From positions 1,568,220 through 1,632,219 of the forward strand of contig OZ242328.1 of assembly GCA_965208295.1 (NCBI GenBank): a DNA stretch of 64,000 bases. The letters run 5' to 3'. Both the position numbers and the translations under genes were made by a program. Of the stretch, positions 40,792 to 49,360 are shown one piece after another (the first letter of the stretch is position 1; each line of letters starts with the position of its first letter). Source of the stretch: Longimicrobiales bacterium. GTDB lineage: Bacteria; Gemmatimonadota; Gemmatimonadetes; Longimicrobiales; Gaopeijiaceae. Under the pieces are notes generated by a model. It saw nothing but the letters and a program-made list of their open reading frames with translations. It ran no database searches and had not been told where the DNA came from.

Positions 40792-41077
40792 GTTCTCCCA
40801 ACTGCTCGTTCAGATAGTGGATGAAGCCGTGAAGGAAATGACAGGGCGTGTCGTTGCTCCTGTGGATCAGCGGATAGTGGCAGTCCAGGACTTCCAAGTC
40901 CGGATCGTCCTCATTCAACGGAACGAGGTACGGATTGTTCTCCCACAGCGCCGGACACGATGTGCGGACATCGGTCTGGAAGCGTCCGGGGTAGCACCTG
41001 TGAAGGTCACGGACCGCGGCCGTGAGCATCACGATGTCACCGGGCGACTGAAAGTTCCGGAGTATGAGGTTTTGCAT
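40792..41077 (-). pseudogene. N-terminal remnant (about 95 codons) of a conserved GT9-like/hypothetical gene
   Basis: MQNLILRNFQSPGDIVMLTAAVRDLHRCYPGRFQTDVRTSCPALWENNPYLVPL...HFLHGFIHYLNEQLG reads like a real conserved N-terminus. The frame then runs into the start of the lipoprotein gene and turns into Arg/Pro-rich nonsense. Confidence 0.45.
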
Positions 41078-41122
41078 CGGCGCGTCCTGCTTTCGGTGGG
41101 CCCCGCGGATGTAGGAAGCGCT

Positions 41123-41404
41123 CTACAGACCAAGTTCGCTATGGGACCCCAGCCGCACCAGGCGCAGAATGTCGGTGCCGGACTTCTGGTAGATCAACAG
41201 CAGATCCGGCTTCACGTGGCAGTCGCGGAAATCTCCCCACTCACCGCTCAGCGAGTGGTCGTGGTGCCGAGGCTCCATCGGCCGATCGCTTGCCAGGGCC
41301 TCCACGACGGGGGTCAGGACGGCATCGAGGTAGGTCCGGTGCCGGCCCCTGGACTCCCGCTTGTAGTCGCGCTTGAACCGGCTGGTTCGCTCAATCGTCC
41401 TCAT
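41123..41404 (-). CDS. YafQ/RelE-family type II toxin (mRNA interferase)
   Basis: MRTIERTSRFKRDYKR...HHDHSLSGEWGDFRDCHVKPDLLLIYQ... is a YafQ-type signature. It overlaps the antitoxin gene by 14 nt. Confidence 0.85.
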   Translation of the reverse strand: MRTIERTSRFKRDYKRESRGRHRTYLDAVLTPVVEALASDRPMEPRHHDHSLSGEWGDFRDCHVKPDLLLIYQKSGTDILRLVRLGSHSELGL

Positions 41405-41660
41405 GCAGATCGTCGAACAGTTCCTCCACGGTGGCGAACTGCGGGAGGTCTCCCCGGCGGGCTTCCCTCATCGCCTCGATGGTGTCGGCGTTGGGAACCA
41501 GCGGCGCGAACGGCAGCGCTTTCTCGTGCGCGACCTTGGTCAGCAGCAGCCGCACCGCGCCGGACACGGTCAGGCCCATGGCCGCCAGCACTGCCGCCGC
41601 CTCCTCTTTGACGGCCTTGTCAATGCGGGCCTGGACGAGGTGGTTTGGCATGTCGAGCAC
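41391..41660 (-). CDS. dinJ: DinJ/RelB-family antitoxin
   Basis: VQARIDKAVKEEAAAVLAAMGLTVSGAVRLLLTKVAHEKALPF is a DinJ-type ribbon-helix-helix. Confidence 0.85.
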   Translation of the reverse strand: MLDMPNHLVQARIDKAVKEEAAAVLAAMGLTVSGAVRLLLTKVAHEKALPFAPLVPNADTIEAMREARRGDLPQFATVEELFDDLHEDD

Positions 41661-41675
41661 TCCCTTCTTGTGATT

Positions 41676-41694
41676 TGCATTACAATATCATGCA
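41676..41694. promoter_or_regulatory. Palindrome TGCAT-N9-ATGCA overlapping a likely -10 (TGTAAT on the minus strand) upstream of dinJ
   Basis: It lies 16-34 nt upstream of the dinJ ATG, with an AAGGGAG SD between them. This is the classical position for a TA autoregulation operator. Confidence 0.4.
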
Positions 41695-41739
41695 TACAGG
41701 GACGCTGATCGGTCAAGGCGATCACCGCACGCTCCCCCT

Positions 41740-42927
41740 CTAGAAAAACCAGTTCAACGACCCGAACACCACCCGCGGCAGCGCCCCGAACTCCGACCCC
41801 AACCCCACATCCTCCCCATCCACCACCACCCCATCCCCCACCCCGAAGTACGCCCCCACGCGAACCGCCACACTCTCCGACACCGACCAGTTCACCCCCG
41901 GCGACGCAACAAACGACCCGTCGCGAAAGTTGCCCAGCACCAGCCCGCTCGCCGACACCAGCGGATGCAGCGTGTACGACAGCTGCACGGCCCCCACCTC
42001 GCGCCCCAGCACCTGCATCTCGCCCTGGGAAAACGCGCGGCTCGCCGCCGCCACAAGCAATCCCGCCGGCGAGGTCGCCCCGAGCCCGTCGCGCTGCACT
42101 TCGACCACCAGGTACAGGTCGCGCCCGGCCACCGCGAAGGTGCGGTCCATTCCCACCGCGCCCCGCAACGCGACCGAGCTGCCGTCCTCGCGCACCGCGG
42201 CCTCCGCCCGGAGCGCCCACAGCCCCACCGACCCGCTCAGGAACGCGGCCGCGCCAAAGGTGTCGTGCACCACACCGCCCCACGTGCCCAGATCCCAGCC
42301 GCCGACGTTGGAGCTCACGCGTCCAAGCACGGTGACGATCTCCCGCGCGGCGATCCGCGCCACCACCTCGAACTGCGTGAACGCGCCCCGGTAGACGCGC
42401 AGCCGCGCCGCGTCCACGCCGGCCCGGTATTCGCGGAAGGGGTCCGCAGGGTCGAAGGGGGAGAAGGGATCGGCGGGGGTCAGAAAGAGGGTCGTCGCCC
42501 ACGAGACGGGCTGTCGTCCCACGATCAGGTCGGCGTTGGCGCCCAGGTCGACCCGCACGCTGAGCCGGTCCACCCGGTGTCGCCACAACATCCGGTCGCT
42601 CGATTCGATCTCGCCGTCCAGCGGCAGCCAGTCGCCTCCGGTTTCGGTCCCGGTCGCCGTGAAAAGCTGCGCTCCCACCGAGGTCCCGGCCTGGCGCAGG
42701 GTCAGCGTATGCTCGTACGCCGCGTCGAGTCGAAACGGCCCCGGCGATGCGTTCCACATGACGCGCAGCCGCTGGACGTCGGAGGCTCCGGCGGACTCGT
42801 ACAGGCTTTCCGCGACGTGAGTCCCGACGTTCAGGTAGTAGCCGGAGAGTCCTGGCTGCTGGGCGGCGGCGGAAATGGGGATGAGAAGGGCCGCCAGAGC
42901 GCCCGCGGACAGCCTGGTTCCCGTCAC
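41740..42927 (-). CDS. Outer-membrane beta-barrel protein (hypothetical porin-like)
   Basis: Signal peptide (M)TGTRLSAGALAALLIPISAAAQQ. Alternating beta-strand pattern. C-terminal ...FGSLNWFF aromatic terminus. The GTG start overlaps the vapC stop (GTGA). Confidence 0.6.
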   Translation of the reverse strand: MTGTRLSAGALAALLIPISAAAQQPGLSGYYLNVGTHVAESLYESAGASDVQRLRVMWNASPGPFRLDAAYEHTLTLRQAGTSVGAQLFTATGTETGGDWLPLDGEIESSDRMLWRHRVDRLSVRVDLGANADLIVGRQPVSWATTLFLTPADPFSPFDPADPFREYRAGVDAARLRVYRGAFTQFEVVARIAAREIVTVLGRVSSNVGGWDLGTWGGVVHDTFGAAAFLSGSVGLWALRAEAAVREDGSSVALRGAVGMDRTFAVAGRDLYLVVEVQRDGLGATSPAGLLVAAASRAFSQGEMQVLGREVGAVQLSYTLHPLVSASGLVLGNFRDGSFVASPGVNWSVSESVAVRVGAYFGVGDGVVVDGEDVGLGSEFGALPRVVFGSLNWFF

Positions 42928-43346
42928 CCGACTTGCCAGAGCCGCAGGGACGAGACGCCCCCGGCCGCCGAGGCGCGACGCACGTATCGCTCGTCCGCCG
43001 TGACGAACACACCCCCGAGGCCGAGCGCCACGGCATGGTACGCCGCGGCGTGAAATGTGACTCCGTACTTCACGGACAGGGACACGGCCCGGACTGTCCA
43101 GTCGGAGTCCGGTGGGGCCTCGGTCAGGCCGAAGTCGGACAGCGAAGCCAATATCTCGCCGGCATCATCCGGAAACCGCCTCGCCAGCGTGTTGCCCACC
43201 TCGTAGATCCAAAGCTGGGGAACGACCAGGTCGATGGTCCCGGCCACCGCTCCGTCGCGCAGCGCGAGGGCAGCGTCCGTGTCCTGCTCGTCGTTCCCGG
43301 GAAGAACCCACTTCAGAAGGACCGATGCGTCGGGCGTTACGATCAC
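42924..43346 (-). CDS. vapC: PIN-domain toxin (VapC family)
   Basis: MIVTPDASVLLKW..., ...VPQLWIYEVGN..., ...FHAAAYHAVAL...VFVTADERY carry the PIN acidic residues. Confidence 0.85.
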   Translation of the reverse strand: MIVTPDASVLLKWVLPGNDEQDTDAALALRDGAVAGTIDLVVPQLWIYEVGNTLARRFPDDAGEILASLSDFGLTEAPPDSDWTVRAVSLSVKYGVTFHAAAYHAVALGLGGVFVTADERYVRRASAAGGVSSLRLWQVG

Positions 43347-43576
43347 GACAGTCCCTGCTCCCGCCCCTCACGTATCCACCCGACGATCCGGTCGGTCCGG
43401 ATCGCGGGCAAGCGGGCGCGCAGGGCATCCATCCGGGCTGTGGCGTCCTGTCTTTTGGAAGTGCCTGCCCACTCGCGGATCGCGGCGTTGACGGCGCGGC
43501 TGCGAGTGCCGCGCGGCAGCCGTTCGATGACGCGCCAGGAGTCGTCGTCCAGCATGAAGTTGACCCGCTTGGCCAT
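43343..43576 (-). CDS. vapB: Ribbon-helix-helix antitoxin partner of VapC
   Basis: MAKRVNFMLDDDSWRVIERLPRGTRSRAVNAAIREW (RHH). Its 4-nt overlap with vapC supports pairing. The ATG at 43576 is preferred over the track start at 43624, which lies inside the repeat palindrome. Confidence 0.75.
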   Translation of the reverse strand: MAKRVNFMLDDDSWRVIERLPRGTRSRAVNAAIREWAGTSKRQDATARMDALRARLPAIRTDRIVGWIREGREQGLS

Positions 43577-43606
43577 GTCGTTCTCGTTCGAGGTGAATCG
43601 GTGGGA

Positions 43607-43675
43607 TGTGTAATGGTTACACACTGCCGCGTGGTTGGCAACTGGGGAATACCGCGCAGTGGCGGAACCCAGAGG
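43607..43675 (+). repeat. Island repeat, copy A (TGTGTAA-TGG-TTACACA + CTGCCGCGTGGT + GGCAACTG...ACCGCGCAGTGGCGGA)
   Basis: Perfect 7-bp-arm palindrome at 43607-43623. About 68 bp align with the reconstructed copy C. See findings. Confidence 0.6.
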
Positions 43676-43757
43676 GTCTCGCCTCGGCGAGGCCGGGTGT
43701 CTCGTGAATACCGTACCTGTACAAGCGGGGACGCCCGTCTCGCCTGGCCGGCCGCTC

Positions 43758-46700
43758 TCATCGAAGCCTGAGTCCCCAAACGAATATATTGTCCGCAGCT
43801 CCGCCGTTTGGAGCTGTCACCCTGATACTCGTAGGGCCGAGAGCGCCGCTGGGAGTCCAATGGAGATAGACGGAGGAACCTGCCCGAATTCTCGCCGTAA
43901 CACCAGGTTCCGCCGAACTGGTGGCGTAGGGCATCAACTGGAGGTCGGCGTGGAGATGGCTCATGATATCATAGAGGTTCCAGGACTTCATAACATCAAA
44001 TGTGACTCCGTCATACTCTCTTCCGTCCGCCCACAATGCAATGTAGAAGTGGGTCAGAATTTCTTCGATCCTGACGGAACTGACGTCTTCAAGGGACGCG
44101 AACCCTCTCTCGGGCGACTGCGTCAGGCGCTTCATCAACGCGGATTCACCACCGGGATAGCTGGTCCCCCAAGTGTCCATGACGAGCCGCAAAACCATGG
44201 CAGGCACGCCGTATACGGCGGCAAACGGCCTCTTACAAGGGCCATCATTCCCTTCTCTGGGGTAACCGACCCAACTGCATTGCTCGGGCGCATTCTCAAC
44301 GCGGCCATTGTTGTCCGAATCCCATCCAAAGAAGTTCGCCAAGTCAGCGACCCACGCGCCCCAGTACCAGTTCGCTCCCCGTCTGTAGTCCGACCATCCC
44401 AGGTTCTGGCCAGACTCGTGTCCGAACACGCGGTATGCAACCAGTTGCTCGGCCAACGTCGCACCTCCTTCAATTTCCCAAAGGGTGTTGTGCCCTGCTG
44501 AGCCGAAAGCCCTGGCGTTTGCCTGAACCAGGTGGGTGACTTCATGCGTCAACAACCTGGGATAGTAACCCAGCAATTGCTGCTTGGTTACCCTCCTCCC
44601 AACGGATCCGGCCGGGTCTGGAACCATCACATAGAAGATCTCGGCATGATTACTCGTCGGGCACGTCTGCTTGGAGTAGAGATCACCAAACCAGACCCAT
44701 CCGCCGACGTATTCGATCCGATTCACCTGTTTGGTCATAAGTACGAGAACCGCATCGTTATTGTCGACGTCCGAGAGCGAGCCGAAATAGCTGTCGTGAA
44801 CCATCTTGGCGCTGGACGTGTAGAAGGCGTCCAGATCCGCCAGTTCGGCATCGGTGAACCTGTCGCCAGGATTGTCGATATCTTCCAGCCAGATCGAATG
44901 TTCCCCGACCAGGCGGACCAGCGCGGTCACCTCTTCCGACGTTGTACAGGTTCGCCTGACGTCTGCGTAGACGACAAGAGTGTCGCCAACCTGCAGTGAT
45001 CGCACCGCTCGACTTGCTCGTCGACCCCGGTCAGGAGCTGTCGTGCGTCCCAATCTCCGCACCAGGTCCAGATTCCTCGCCATCAGATCACTGTGAGCGT
45101 GTGCATTCCGCCGAAGTAGTGTGTCGGTGGCATTCTGAAGTTCGCCGAAGTGGATTTGCGGATCTACCGCCCTTGGCAAGACGGGGCTGGATCCCAGTGT
45201 ACCCGTCCCCTCCAGACCCGCCAGTGACGCCGGAATGCGAGCGACGTACGAGGCGGCACTGACGACGGAAGGATCACCCGGAGTTCCGTGTAGCGTGATT
45301 GCCGTGAGGGAGCTCGGATCCTCAGAGATCGAGGTGACGCCGATCAGGTATTCTCCACCTGACACATTGCCAGGCAGGTGCAGGCACCCGTTGCCTGGAC
45401 GAGTGTAGCGGAAGTGGTGCTGAGGGAGATCGAGGTCTTCCCTGGTACGTGGCGTCACACCCACGGTTAGCGTGTCGATCTCGTTGACCAGAGCCACCTG
45501 CAGTTGACTGCCGCGCGGGGGCAGGCAGTCGCTGCGCGGAACTTGTATTGTCAGGGTGGTGTCAGTTGCCGATGTCACGGCAGCGGCCAGCCCGCCAACG
45601 GACACTGCGTTTTGGGCCGGAACGAACGAGAAGCCCCAACCTCTTATGGTGGCCGACCCGCCCTCGACCATAGTCGCAGGCTCGCTTCCGGTGATCTCAA
45701 GCGCGTGTGACTTCGCCACCGTCACGACCGCCGATCCCGAAGCTTCTCCCGCCGTGGCCGTGACCGTCGCCGTCCCGTTGCCCGTGGCCGTCACCAGGCC
45801 CGACCCGTCCACCGTCGCCACCGCGTCGTCGCTCGACTCCCACGAGAACTCGGCGCCCGCCACCGCGTGCCCGTTCGCGTCGAACGCCTCGGCCGCCAGT
45901 CGCAAGGTGTCGCCCAGAGCCGTGATCGTCTCTTCTGGGGGCAACAACGCTACCGAGTCGAGTACCTGTATCACCGTAACCGCTGCCATTCCCGAGACAG
46001 ACACGGCGCTCGCCGTGACCGTCGCCGTCCCGTTGCCCCTGGCCGTCACCAGACCCGACCCGTCCACGGTTGCCACCGCGTCGTCGCTCGACTCCCACGA
46101 GAACTCGGCGCCCGCCACCGCGTGCCCGTTCGCGTCGAACGCCTCGGCGTCCAGCCGCAAGGTGTCGCCCAGAGCGGCGATGGTCGCCTCAGCCGGCACG
46201 ACGGCGACCGATTCGGGCGACTGTGCCACCGTTACCACCGCCGATCCCGAAGCTTCTCCCGCCGTGGCCGTGACCGTCGCCGTCCCGTTGCCCGTGGCCG
46301 TCACCAGGCCCGACCCGTCCACCGTCGCCACCGCGTCGTCGCTCGACTCCCACGAGAACTCCACCTCTGCCACCGCGTGCCCGTTCACGTCGAAGGCCTC
46401 GGCCGCCAGTCGCAACGTGTCGCCCAGAGCCGTGATCGTCTCTTCTGTGGGCAACAACGCTACCGAGTCGAGTACCTGTATCACCGTAACCGCTGCCATA
46501 CCCGAGACAGACTCGGCGCTCGCCGTGACCGTCGCCGTCCCGTTGCCCCTGGCCGTCACCAGACCCGACCCGTCCACCGTCGCCACCGCGTCGTCGCTCG
46601 ACTCCCACGAGAACTCCGCGCCCGCCACCGCGTGCCCGTTCGCGTCGAACGCCTCGGCGTCCAGCCGCAAGGTGTCGCCCAGCGCGGCAATGGTCGATTC

Positions 46701-48209
46701 CACCGGCACCACGTCGACCGAGTCGGGCGACTGTGCCACCGTCACCACCGCCGATCCCGAAGCTTCTCCCGCCGTGGCCGTGACCGTCGCCGTCCCGTTG
46801 CCCCTGGCCGTCACCAGGCCCGACCCGTCCACCGTTGCCACCGCGTCGTCGCTCGACTCCCAGGAGAACTCCGCGCCCGCCACCGCGTGCCCGTTCGCGT
46901 CGAACGCCTCGGCCTCCAGCCGCAAGGTGTCGCCCAGCGCGGCGATGGTCGCCTCAGCCGGCACCACGGCGACCGATTCGGGCGACTGTGCCACCGTCAC
47001 CACCGCCGATCCCGAAGCTTCTCCCGCCGTGGCCGTGACCGTCGCCGTCCCGTTGCCCCTGGCCGTCACCAGGCCCGACCCGTCCACCGTCGCCACCGCG
47101 TCGTCGCTCGACTCCCACGAGAACTCCGCGTCCGCCACCGCGTGCCCGTTCGCGTCGAACGCCTCGGCCTCCAGCCGCAAGGCGTCGCCCAGAGCGGCGA
47201 TGGTCGCTTCCGCCGGGACCACGGCGACCGAGTCGGGCGACTGCGCCACCGTCACCACCGCCGATCCCGAAGCCTCTCCCGCCGTGGCCGTGACCGTCGC
47301 CGTCCCGTTGCCCCTGGCCGTCACCAGGCCCGACCCGTCCACCGTCGCCACCGCGTCGTCGCTCGACTCCCACGAGAACTCCGCCGCGGCCACCGCGTGC
47401 CCGTTCGCGTCGAACGCCTCGGCCTCCAGCCGCAAGGCGTCGCCCAGAGCGGCGATGGTCGCTTCCGCCGGGACCACGGCGACCGAATCGGGCGACTGCG
47501 CCACCGTCACCACCGCCGATCCCGAAGCTTCTCCCGCCGTGGCCGTGACCGTCGCCGTCCCGTTGCCCGTGGCCGTCACCAGACCCGACCCGTCCACCGT
47601 CGCTACCGCGTCGTCGCTCGACTCCCACGAGAACTCCGCGTCCGCCACCGCGTGCCCGTTCACGTCGAACGCCTCGGCGTCCAGCCGCAAGGTGTCGCCC
47701 AGAGCGGCGATGGTCGCCTCAGTCGGCACCACGGCGACCGAATCGGACGACTGCGCCACCGTCACTACCGCCGATCCCGAAGCTTCTCCCGCCGTGGCCG
47801 TGACCGTCGCCGTCCCGTTGCCCGTGGCCGTCACCAGACCCGACCCGTCCACCGTCGCCACCGCGTCGTCGCTCGACTCCCACGTCATCACCGCGTCCGC
47901 CATGACCTGCCCGTTTTGGTCCAGCACCTGCGCGGAGAGCTGCACGGTCGCGCCCAGCGCCACAAGCTGGGCAGTGGCGGGGGTGACAGTGACCGTTGTC
48001 GCACGGGGCAATTCGGGGGGCGGCGGCTCTGTCGCGCCGTCCCCGCAGGCAGCGGCCCAAGCGAGACCCGCCAACGCGAGCTGCGGGAATCGCCGGACAG
48101 GCGAGCGCCCGCGGCTTGGGCCGGCGCCTCGATGGGTAAGCGATCTGGTGCGACGTTCGGCGTGATGACGACCTCGGGTCCGAGCAGACCTCTGTGGCAT
48201 GGAGAGCAC
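43758..48209 (-). CDS. Giant surface lipoprotein: about 9.5 Big_2 Ig-like domains + IPT/TIG domain + C-terminal HExxH metalloprotease-like domain
   Basis: Lipobox LAGLAWAAACGDG. Nine SSDDAVATVDGSGLVTA(T/R)GNGTATVTA units. An IPT-like LEITGSEPATMVEGGSATIRGWGF. HEVTHLVQ...WEIEGGATLAE (HExxH plus downstream Glu). Alternative ATG start at 48200. Confidence 0.85.
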   Translation of the reverse strand: MLSMPQRSARTRGRHHAERRTRSLTHRGAGPSRGRSPVRRFPQLALAGLAWAAACGDGATEPPPPELPRATTVTVTPATAQLVALGATVQLSAQVLDQNGQVMADAVMTWESSDDAVATVDGSGLVTATGNGTATVTATAGEASGSAVVTVAQSSDSVAVVPTEATIAALGDTLRLDAEAFDVNGHAVADAEFSWESSDDAVATVDGSGLVTATGNGTATVTATAGEASGSAVVTVAQSPDSVAVVPAEATIAALGDALRLEAEAFDANGHAVAAAEFSWESSDDAVATVDGSGLVTARGNGTATVTATAGEASGSAVVTVAQSPDSVAVVPAEATIAALGDALRLEAEAFDANGHAVADAEFSWESSDDAVATVDGSGLVTARGNGTATVTATAGEASGSAVVTVAQSPESVAVVPAEATIAALGDTLRLEAEAFDANGHAVAGAEFSWESSDDAVATVDGSGLVTARGNGTATVTATAGEASGSAVVTVAQSPDSVDVVPVESTIAALGDTLRLDAEAFDANGHAVAGAEFSWESSDDAVATVDGSGLVTARGNGTATVTASAESVSGMAAVTVIQVLDSVALLPTEETITALGDTLRLAAEAFDVNGHAVAEVEFSWESSDDAVATVDGSGLVTATGNGTATVTATAGEASGSAVVTVAQSPESVAVVPAEATIAALGDTLRLDAEAFDANGHAVAGAEFSWESSDDAVATVDGSGLVTARGNGTATVTASAVSVSGMAAVTVIQVLDSVALLPPEETITALGDTLRLAAEAFDANGHAVAGAEFSWESSDDAVATVDGSGLVTATGNGTATVTATAGEASGSAVVTVAKSHALEITGSEPATMVEGGSATIRGWGFSFVPAQNAVSVGGLAAAVTSATDTTLTIQVPRSDCLPPRGSQLQVALVNEIDTLTVGVTPRTREDLDLPQHHFRYTRPGNGCLHLPGNVSGGEYLIGVTSISEDPSSLTAITLHGTPGDPSVVSAASYVARIPASLAGLEGTGTLGSSPVLPRAVDPQIHFGELQNATDTLLRRNAHAHSDLMARNLDLVRRLGRTTAPDRGRRASRAVRSLQVGDTLVVYADVRRTCTTSEEVTALVRLVGEHSIWLEDIDNPGDRFTDAELADLDAFYTSSAKMVHDSYFGSLSDVDNNDAVLVLMTKQVNRIEYVGGWVWFGDLYSKQTCPTSNHAEIFYVMVPDPAGSVGRRVTKQQLLGYYPRLLTHEVTHLVQANARAFGSAGHNTLWEIEGGATLAEQLVAYRVFGHESGQNLGWSDYRRGANWYWGAWVADLANFFGWDSDNNGRVENAPEQCSWVGYPREGNDGPCKRPFAAVYGVPAMVLRLVMDTWGTSYPGGESALMKRLTQSPERGFASLEDVSSVRIEEILTHFYIALWADGREYDGVTFDVMKSWNLYDIMSHLHADLQLMPYATSSAEPGVTARIRAGSSVYLHWTPSGALGPTSIRVTAPNGGAADNIFVWGLRLR
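45712..48006 (-). repeat. Nine in-frame tandem repeats of 255 bp (one Big_2 domain each)
   Basis: The string gctcgactcc recurs at 45831, 46086, 46341, 46596, 46851, 47106, 47361, 47616 and 47871, spaced exactly 255 bp. The units are near-identical at nucleotide level. Confidence 0.9.
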
Positions 48210-48486
48210 TCCTTGGGGTCAGGAAGATGGACGGAAGTGTATAACCTTGAAAACACGCATTTCGTGGCCTATCCGTGGCTCGTCGTGCCCTATACTGTGG
48301 GTAATATCGTGGTGTACGGCAAGCAGCCCATCGGCCGACGTAGATGTCGACGCGCGTCCTGTCTTCAGGCATCCCGATCTCCATCCATCCATGTATAGCC
48401 CAGGACTGGGTGGAAGAATGGACTCCTCATGACCTGCACAACGAATTACATCAGATGTCGTTCTACTCCAGGGTGTCCCAGTGGAG

Positions 48487-48530
48487 TGTGTAATGACTAC
48501 ACACGGTCGCGTGGAGGGGTTGGGGAGCGC
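48487..48530 (+). repeat. Island repeat, copy B (TGTGTAA-TGA-CTACACA + CGGTCGCGTGGA + GGGGTTGGGGAGCGC)
   Basis: Shares the core of copies A, C and D. It lacks the internal GGCAACTG...GCAGTGGCGGA segment but keeps the GGGGTTGGGGA(A/G)CGC tail seen in copy C. Confidence 0.5.
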
Positions 48531-48543
48531 TATACGGGCCGCC

Positions 48544-48756
48544 TCACCACCTGGTGGACAGTTCGTCGTGGGCGTGGTCGGGCAACCGGTAGCTGAGACC
48601 GGCGTCCTCATAGGCCGACGCCCCAAGAAGGTCCGCGAAAACCCCGAATCCTCCCTTCTGCTTGAGCCGCCAGACACCGTTGTCGAATATCCGTCCGGTC
48701 TGTACGAACGACTTGGCTATCAGCGTCGAGAAGCCGTCGATCAGCACGCCCGCCAC
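48544..48756 (-). pseudogene. Internally deleted remnant of an MpaB/DUF2236-like gene
   Basis: ...GVLIDGFSTLIAKSF... matches GVLVEGFSTLIAKSF of the gene at 49433. ...YEDAGLSYRLPDHAHDELSTRW matches YDEEGLSYRMPDHVHTAKSINW at 52300. Both are squeezed into 70 codons. Confidence 0.45.
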
Positions 48757-49119
48757 GAAGGCCGAGAGGACGAGGACGGAGTTTCTCTGAAAGGACCGGA
48801 CGCCCGGCTGAAAGGCAGACTGATCCAGCCACTCCGGATCGGGCGGCGGCGCGTCGAGGCTGAGGGCATGGGGGGACGTTCAAAACGTCAGGCTGCCCCG
48901 GTCGGATACAACACTCTGCGCCTGCGGGTTCGCCGTTCTTCACAGGTTCCTGGAACCCGGCCGCCAGCCACGAAGACGAAGCCGCCTCCGCCTCACGATC
49001 CTTCCCACTTTGCTCGTCGCGGACCTGGCGGACAATACGCCCGCTCGCTCGGCTCTCGTCGATCCCGGTCCCCTGCTGGGCCTTGCCGGGCACGCCGATG
49101 CATCACCGGGTCCTGCGTG

Positions 49120-49205
49120 TTCGGTACGAATGTCGCGTCCGAGCTCATGCTCCCCGAACCGGCGGCCGCAGTAGCAGCATGGATCGGACGGGAGGCCGCT
49201 GAGCC
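49120..49205 (+). pseudogene. 5' fragment of a vapC/fitB-like PIN toxin gene
   Basis: FGTNVASELMLPEPAAAVAAWIG parallels MFVIDTNVASELMRPEPTAAVAAWIG of the intact gene at 53702. Nucleotide similarity is obvious by eye. Confidence 0.5.
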
Positions 49206-49244
49206 GGATGGACAAGCGGATGGACAAGCGGAGCTTTCGGAAAC

Positions 49245-49360
49245 GCGACATTTGCACGAAGTTCATCATATCCGCCCTGCGCGGGGCCGGATGGGACGAG
49301 ATGTCGCAGCTTCGCGAGGAGGTGACGTTCACCGCTGGCCGCATCATCGTGCGTGGGGCC
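49245..49360 (+). pseudogene. N-terminal fragment of a type I/III restriction enzyme R subunit (HSDR_N-like)
   Basis: DICTKFIISALRGAGWDEMSQLREEVTFTAGRIIVRG matches the conserved HsdR N-terminal pattern (DTC-K-I-P-L-AGW...E..FT.GRI). It is preceded by a 12-bp tandem duplication at 49205-49228. Confidence 0.45.

Noticed and set aside
45712-48006. Regular 255-bp periodicity considered as a CRISPR-like or satellite array.
   Set aside because: There is no repeat/spacer alternation. The whole unit is repeated, is in frame, and encodes a folded Ig-like domain. No cas genes are present.
45556-48398. Two very long plus-strand ORFs (869 and 843 aa) with their own internal repeats.
   Set aside because: They are mirror images of the 255-bp Big_2 repeats on the minus strand. 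Their periodicity is inherited, and their sequences (Ser/Thr/Ala/Pro or Arg/His-rich) have no signal or domain. The minus-strand frame gives canonical Ig-like domains.
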